From Candidatus Nomurabacteria bacterium (GTDB lineage Bacteria; Patescibacteriota; Minisyncoccia; Phycocordibacterales; UBA9973): DNA of 31,098 nt. Shown in pieces: positions 26,740 to 31,098 of the stretch (position 1 is its first letter; every line of letters begins with the position of its first letter). The DNA lies in assembly GCA_043723545.1 (NCBI GenBank), contig JAYSNU010000072.1, positions 1-31,098 on the forward strand. The letters are read 5' to 3'. Both the position numbers and the translations under genes were made by a program. The notes under the pieces are model-generated. The model saw only the letters and a list, made by a program, of their open reading frames with translations, searched no databases and was not told where the DNA came from.

Positions 26740-28458
26740 ATGAAAGACGAAATAAAAAAGATATTTAAAGGTGATGTGGAAGATGGTGAAGAGACACTTT
26801 TGAAATACTCACATGATGCGAGTATTTTCGATATTCGGCCGAAGGTTGTGGTTTTTCCGAAAGATTCACAAGATGTACAGAATTTAGTGAAGTGGGTGAA
26901 TGAAAATAAAGAAAAATACGAAGGTCTTTCAATTACTGCACGTTCTGCGGGAACAGACATGTCTGGTGGAGCAGTGGGGGAATCTATTATTATGGATTTC
27001 ACTCGTTATATGAATAAGTTGATAGATTTTAATGTTGGAGCGATGTCTATTACAGTTCAACCTGGAATGTTTTATCGAGATTTTGAGAAAATAACATTAG
27101 ATAAAAGCCTTATTTTACCGTGTTTTACAGCATCAAAGACAATAAATGCGATGGGTGGAATGTTTGGAAATAATTCAGCAGGTGAGAGAACTTTGAAATA
27201 TGGTAAGACTGAAGATTATATTTTAGAAACAAAAATTGTTTTTGAAGATGGTGTTGAAAGAATTGTGAAACCAGTTTTCGTTAGTGAAATTTCTAAACAG
27301 GAGAAAATGTATCGTGACGTTTATGCTTTGTTTAAAAATAATGAAGAAGAGATAAAAGAGGCAAAACCGAATGTCACAAAAAATTCTTCCGGTTATTATA
27401 TTTGGAATGTGGTGTATCAGATTGCAAAGAATTCTCCCAGCGGAAGGTTCCATCCCCTGGATGGAGGAAAGCAGGAGAATTCTTTGCAATCTGAATTCAT
27501 TTTTGATTTAAATAAATTGTTAGTCGGTTCACAAGGAACTCTTGGGATAGCGACGGAAATTACTTTTAAACTTGTTCTTGAGCCTAAATATACTCGACTG
27601 GTTGTTATATTTTTACGAGATATGAATATAGTACCGAACTTGGTGAATCATATCTTGAAATTTAAACCACAATCCCTTGAATCTTATGATGATAAAACAT
27701 TTCTTTTAGTTCTCAAATATATTAAAGATTTTGCGAAGCTTTTGGGTCTTAAGAATCTTTTTAAACTTGGTTTTTCTTTTTGGCCCGAGGCGCTTATGAC
27801 TCTACGACATGGTTTTCCCAAACTTGTCCTTCTTATTGAATTTACAGGAAGTACACAAGAAGAAGCGGATAAACAAGCGAAAATCGCTTTGAAAGATTTG
27901 GAAACCATTCAGGGTATTGGTATCCGTTTGACTAAAGACGAATTTGAAATGAAAAAGTATTGGACCATACGTCACGAGGCTTTTAATCTTATTCGTTATC
28001 ATTTGAAAAAAGTTAAGTCTAAACCTTTTATTGATGATGTAATAGTTCGCCCAGAAAAATTACCAGAATTTATTCCCGCTCTTTATAAAATTCTTGGAGA
28101 ATATAAAAACAGGATGACATTTGCTATTGGTGGACATTCTGGTGATGGAAATATGCATATATATACTCTTGTAAATCCGAAAGACCCAAATCTGAAAGAG
28201 ATGATTATAGATGTAGCAGATAGAGTATATGATTTAGTTATTAAATTGGGTGGGTCAATTACGGCTGAACACAATGATGGCCTTATTCGTACACCTTATT
28301 TAAATAAGATGTATAGTTCTCATATGATTCAAATTTTTAGTGAAATTAAGCAAATTTTTGATAAAAATAATATCTTTAATCCAGGCAAGAAGGTGGCTTC
28401 GTCTGATGGTCAAGGCACCAAAAAATATCTGACTTCTCACATTACGATTGAGCATTAA
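26740..28458 (+). CDS. FAD-binding oxidoreductase (GlcD/D-lactate dehydrogenase-like)
   Basis: ARSAGTDMSG, GGMFGNNSAG, VGSQGTLG, GHSGDGNMH, SITAEHNDG, IFNPGK. Confidence 0.9.
   Translation: MKDEIKKIFKGDVEDGEETLLKYSHDASIFDIRPKVVVFPKDSQDVQNLVKWVNENKEKYEGLSITARSAGTDMSGGAVGESIIMDFTRYMNKLIDFNVGAMSITVQPGMFYRDFEKITLDKSLILPCFTASKTINAMGGMFGNNSAGERTLKYGKTEDYILETKIVFEDGVERIVKPVFVSEISKQEKMYRDVYALFKNNEEEIKEAKPNVTKNSSGYYIWNVVYQIAKNSPSGRFHPLDGGKQENSLQSEFIFDLNKLLVGSQGTLGIATEITFKLVLEPKYTRLVVIFLRDMNIVPNLVNHILKFKPQSLESYDDKTFLLVLKYIKDFAKLLGLKNLFKLGFSFWPEALMTLRHGFPKLVLLIEFTGSTQEEADKQAKIALKDLETIQGIGIRLTKDEFEMKKYWTIRHEAFNLIRYHLKKVKSKPFIDDVIVRPEKLPEFIPALYKILGEYKNRMTFAIGGHSGDGNMHIYTLVNPKDPNLKEMIIDVADRVYDLVIKLGGSITAEHNDGLIRTPYLNKMYSSHMIQIFSEIKQIFDKNNIFNPGKKVASSDGQGTKKYLTSHITIEH
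27417..27494. repeat. Family B core inside a perfect 21-bp inverted repeat, in-frame in the oxidoreductase gene
   Basis: Arms TCAGATTGCAAAGAATTCTCC 27417-27437 and its exact reverse complement 27474-27494; core CGGAAGGTTCCATC-N5-GATGGAGGAAAG 27441-27471. Confidence 0.9.
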
Positions 28459-28494
28459 TTTGCTTTTTTAAAATTTTTCTATATAATTGCATTT

Positions 28495-29160
28495 ATGTTT
28501 TCAATCAAAGCTAAAAAGAGAGATGTAGGAGCTGATTCTACTGAATTACGAAAAAAAGGAGAAATCCCTGCTGTTTTTTATGGTGCAAAAAATCCATCTA
28601 CTTCTATAACAATTTCTAATATTGAATTTAAAAAGATTTGGCTTAAAGCTGGAGAATCTTCGACTGTTGCTATAGCTATGGAGGATGGTAAAAATGTTGA
28701 TGTTCTTATACATGATGTTCAAGTTGATCCTGTTACTGATGAACCAACCCATGTAGACTTTTTAGTTATAGATATGAATAAGAAAATCAAAGTTCATGTA
28801 GAACTTGCTTATGAAGGCGTATCCGAAGCTGTAAAATCAGGTCTCGGAACACTTGTTAAGGTTCTTCATGAAGTTGAAATAGAAGCACTGCCGAAAGATT
28901 TACCACATACTTTGACTGTTGATATTTCTAAGTTAGTTACTGTTCAAGATCAAGTTTTTATCTCAGATATTAAATTACCACAAGGTGTGGAGATAGTTAC
29001 AAAATCTCACAATGTTGTTTGTTCTATTGCCTTACAAGTAGAAGAAAAGGAAGAGGTAACTACTCCGGTTGACCTATCTGCTATCGAAGTTGAAAAGAAA
29101 GGTAAGAAAGAAGAAGAAGGTGCAGAGAGTGCTACTCCAGCCCCTGAAGAGAAGAAATAA
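28495..29160 (+). CDS. rplY: 50S ribosomal protein L25/Ctc
   Basis: IPAVFYG, VLIHDVQVDPV..EPTHVDF, EVEIEALP.DLP, acidic tail. Confidence 0.95.
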   Translation: MFSIKAKKRDVGADSTELRKKGEIPAVFYGAKNPSTSITISNIEFKKIWLKAGESSTVAIAMEDGKNVDVLIHDVQVDPVTDEPTHVDFLVIDMNKKIKVHVELAYEGVSEAVKSGLGTLVKVLHEVEIEALPKDLPHTLTVDISKLVTVQDQVFISDIKLPQGVEIVTKSHNVVCSIALQVEEKEEVTTPVDLSAIEVEKKGKKEEEGAESATPAPEEKK

Positions 29161-29198
29161 TCTTCTAAATTCATGTATTTTGTGTTAGAATAAGAGTT

Positions 29199-30557
29199 AT
29201 GACAAGAAAGAAAGTCATAACTTTTTTTGTTTTTATGTTCATAATTGTAAGTACTATGGGAACAACGAAAGTCTCTGCTTTTGATTGTTTAACTTTAACC
29301 ACAGCCTCAAATCAATCTGATAAGGATTATTGCAGAACCGAACTTACTCAAATAGAATCTCAGTTGGCAGATTTATTGGCTAAACAAAAAGAACAACAAA
29401 AACAGACAGGAACGTTAAAGGGTGATGTTGATTATCTTACTAGTCAAATCAATACTTTGAAAACAAAGATAAAGGCACGAGCCCTTGCTATAGCGCAACT
29501 CAAAGTAAATATTACAGAGAAAGTAAGTAGGATAAAATCTCTCACTAGTAAAATAGATAGAGAGCATGAATCTCTTGCACAATTGTTGCGTAATACAAAT
29601 GATTTTGATAATGAGAATTTAGTACATTTGATTTTATCTGATGATAGTGTGTCTCAATTTTATAGTGATTTGGAATCATATGATTCTATCAAGAAAGCTG
29701 TTAAAGCTTCTGTCGATGTAATTAATGGTGTAAAAACAGAAACAGAAGTTCAGAAGAAGGATCTTGAGAAAAAACAAAATGCCGAAACAGACGCCAAAGC
29801 AGAGCTTGAAAGTGCTCAGAAAACTGTGGCAAAATCAGAAGCGGACAAAAAACAACTTTTAGCTATTTCAAAAAATAAAGAAATTGAATATCAGAAATTA
29901 GCCGCGGAAAAAAAGGCGAGAGCAGATAAAATCCGAAGTGCATTGTTCGCTTTGGCTGGTATTTCTACAAAAATTGAATTCGGCACAGCTCTTAGATATG
30001 CAAATGAAGTTCGAGATCAAACGAGTATTGATCCAGCATTTTTACTTGCGATACTTACTCAAGAAAGTAATTTGGGTTCAAATGTGGGGCAGTGTTATCT
30101 TTCTGATATTATGACTGGTTCTGGAGTTGGTAAAAATACTGGTATTAATTTTTCAAATGTTATGAAACCAACACGTGATGTGGAACCATTTATGGAGATA
30201 ACTAATGCTCTTGGTTTCAATGCATTTAATACAGCTGTTTCTTGTCCTATTGCTGGGGTTGCTGGTTGGGGTGGTGCTATGGGACCCGCACAATTTATTC
30301 CTTCAACATGGAAGCTTTTTGCCGATCGTTTAAAATCTGCACTTGGCCACTATGCTAATCCATGGTCACCAGAAGATGCGTTTATGGCTTCAGGAATGTA
30401 TCTTACTGATTTAGGATCCAGGGGTACAAGCGTAAGTGCTCAGAATAAAGCCGCATGTAGATATTATGGTTCTGGTGGGTCATCATGTTCTTATAGTCGT
30501 AGTGTTCAGAAATTAAAATCTACTATTCAATCCAACATTGACTTGCTTTCAAGCTAA
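29199..30557 (+). CDS. Secreted coiled-coil protein with C-terminal lytic murein transglycosylase domain
   Basis: Signal peptide, long coiled coil, LAILTQESNLG, GAMGPAQFIPSTW. Confidence 0.85.
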   Translation: MTRKKVITFFVFMFIIVSTMGTTKVSAFDCLTLTTASNQSDKDYCRTELTQIESQLADLLAKQKEQQKQTGTLKGDVDYLTSQINTLKTKIKARALAIAQLKVNITEKVSRIKSLTSKIDREHESLAQLLRNTNDFDNENLVHLILSDDSVSQFYSDLESYDSIKKAVKASVDVINGVKTETEVQKKDLEKKQNAETDAKAELESAQKTVAKSEADKKQLLAISKNKEIEYQKLAAEKKARADKIRSALFALAGISTKIEFGTALRYANEVRDQTSIDPAFLLAILTQESNLGSNVGQCYLSDIMTGSGVGKNTGINFSNVMKPTRDVEPFMEITNALGFNAFNTAVSCPIAGVAGWGGAMGPAQFIPSTWKLFADRLKSALGHYANPWSPEDAFMASGMYLTDLGSRGTSVSAQNKAACRYYGSGGSSCSYSRSVQKLKSTIQSNIDLLSS

Positions 30558-30580
30558 AATCGTGATAATCTGTTTGAGTT

Positions 30581-30808
30581 ATGAAAAAAGATATACATCC
30601 AAAATTTGATTTGAAAACAAAAGCAACCTGCGCATGCGGAGCGGTATTTGAAGTTGGTTCTACTATGGGAGATATAAAAATGGAAATTTGTTCACAATGT
30701 CACCCTTTCTATACTGGTAATGAAAAGATCATGGACACAGCTGGACGTGTTGATAGATTCAATAAACGTAAAGCAGCAACTCTCTTAAAGACTAAAGCTA
30801 AAAAATAA
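30581..30808 (+). CDS. rpmE: 50S ribosomal protein L31 (Zn-binding type)
   Basis: MKKDIHP...CACG...[12 protein letters not shown]...DTAGRVDRF. Confidence 0.96.
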   Translation: MKKDIHPKFDLKTKATCACGAVFEVGSTMGDIKMEICSQCHPFYTGNEKIMDTAGRVDRFNKRKAATLLKTKAKK

Positions 30809-30815
30809 GCAAAAT

Positions 30816-30895
30816 AAAGGGGTGAAAATAATTATGTAGCCGGAAGGTTCCATCTTTTAGATGGAGGAAAGGCAAATAATTATTTTCACCCCTTT
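30816..30895. repeat. Family B core inside a perfect 20-bp inverted repeat, intergenic (may also act as terminator)
   Basis: Arms AAAGGGGTGAAAATAATTAT 30816-30835 and its exact reverse complement 30876-30895; core 30841-30871 is 27/31 identical to 27441-27471. Confidence 0.9.
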
Positions 30896-30924
30896 TGTAG
30901 TATAATTTTATTGAAAGATTTTTT

Positions 30925-31098
30925 ATGGATTTTGATTTAAATGAATTAAAAAAGGACCACAATACTAATTATTTAGCGGGAATGCTAGAGAAGCTTTTGC
31001 GTGAAGAAGCAGAAGTTAGAGAGATGTTAGATAGTGATGAAACTCTTCATGAAATGGCTGCGAAGGAACTAAAATATATACAAGAACAAAAAGATAGT
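30925..31098 (+). CDS. prfA: Probable peptide chain release factor 1, N-terminus (3' truncated by window)
   Basis: Open frame MDFDLNELKK...DETLHEMAAKELKYIQEQ; conserved position after rpmE. Only 58 codons visible. Confidence 0.6.
   Translation, partial: MDFDLNELKKDHNTNYLAGMLEKLLREEAEVREMLDSDETLHEMAAKELKYIQEQKDS

Noticed and set aside
718-28752. Numerous 60-116 aa antisense or nested ORFs in the ORF track
   Set aside because: Shadows of well-supported genes with no independent motifs or expression signals.

Overview
AT-rich, genetic-code-11 bacterial chromosome segment. Gene content and style suggest Patescibacteria/CPR, probably Parcubacteria (inference). The backbone is housekeeping: murF (partial), rmuC, a DEDDh exonuclease, yqeY, dedA, MYG1, obgE, gatB, fba, an FAD oxidoreductase, rplY, a lytic transglycosylase, rpmE and prfA (partial). 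Four accessory features interrupt it. (1) An integrase-free island at the 3' end of tRNA-Glu(CTC) carries a HEPN / J-domain-KTSC / unknown / broken MvaI-BcnI nuclease operon. (2) A 1.5-kb patch holds two Cys-rich micro-ORFs and two convergent, structured, apparently non-coding transcription units. (3) A ~7.6-kb HTH-TM-fibre-S74-Ig gene is built of modules joined at a nucleotide-conserved GC-rich motif (GGCAACGTCGG, 12 copies), with a divergent small MerR-type HTH gene and a 10-bp repeat array between them. (4) A REP-associated tyrosine transposase (RAYT) lies between its REPs. The most unusual signals are the conserved module junctions in the giant gene and a 31-bp core found twice, each time inside a different perfect 20-21 bp inverted repeat (once in-frame in an enzyme gene). 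Palindromes also sit in-frame in gatB and in the giant gene. All family assignments come from motif recognition by eye; no database searches were run.
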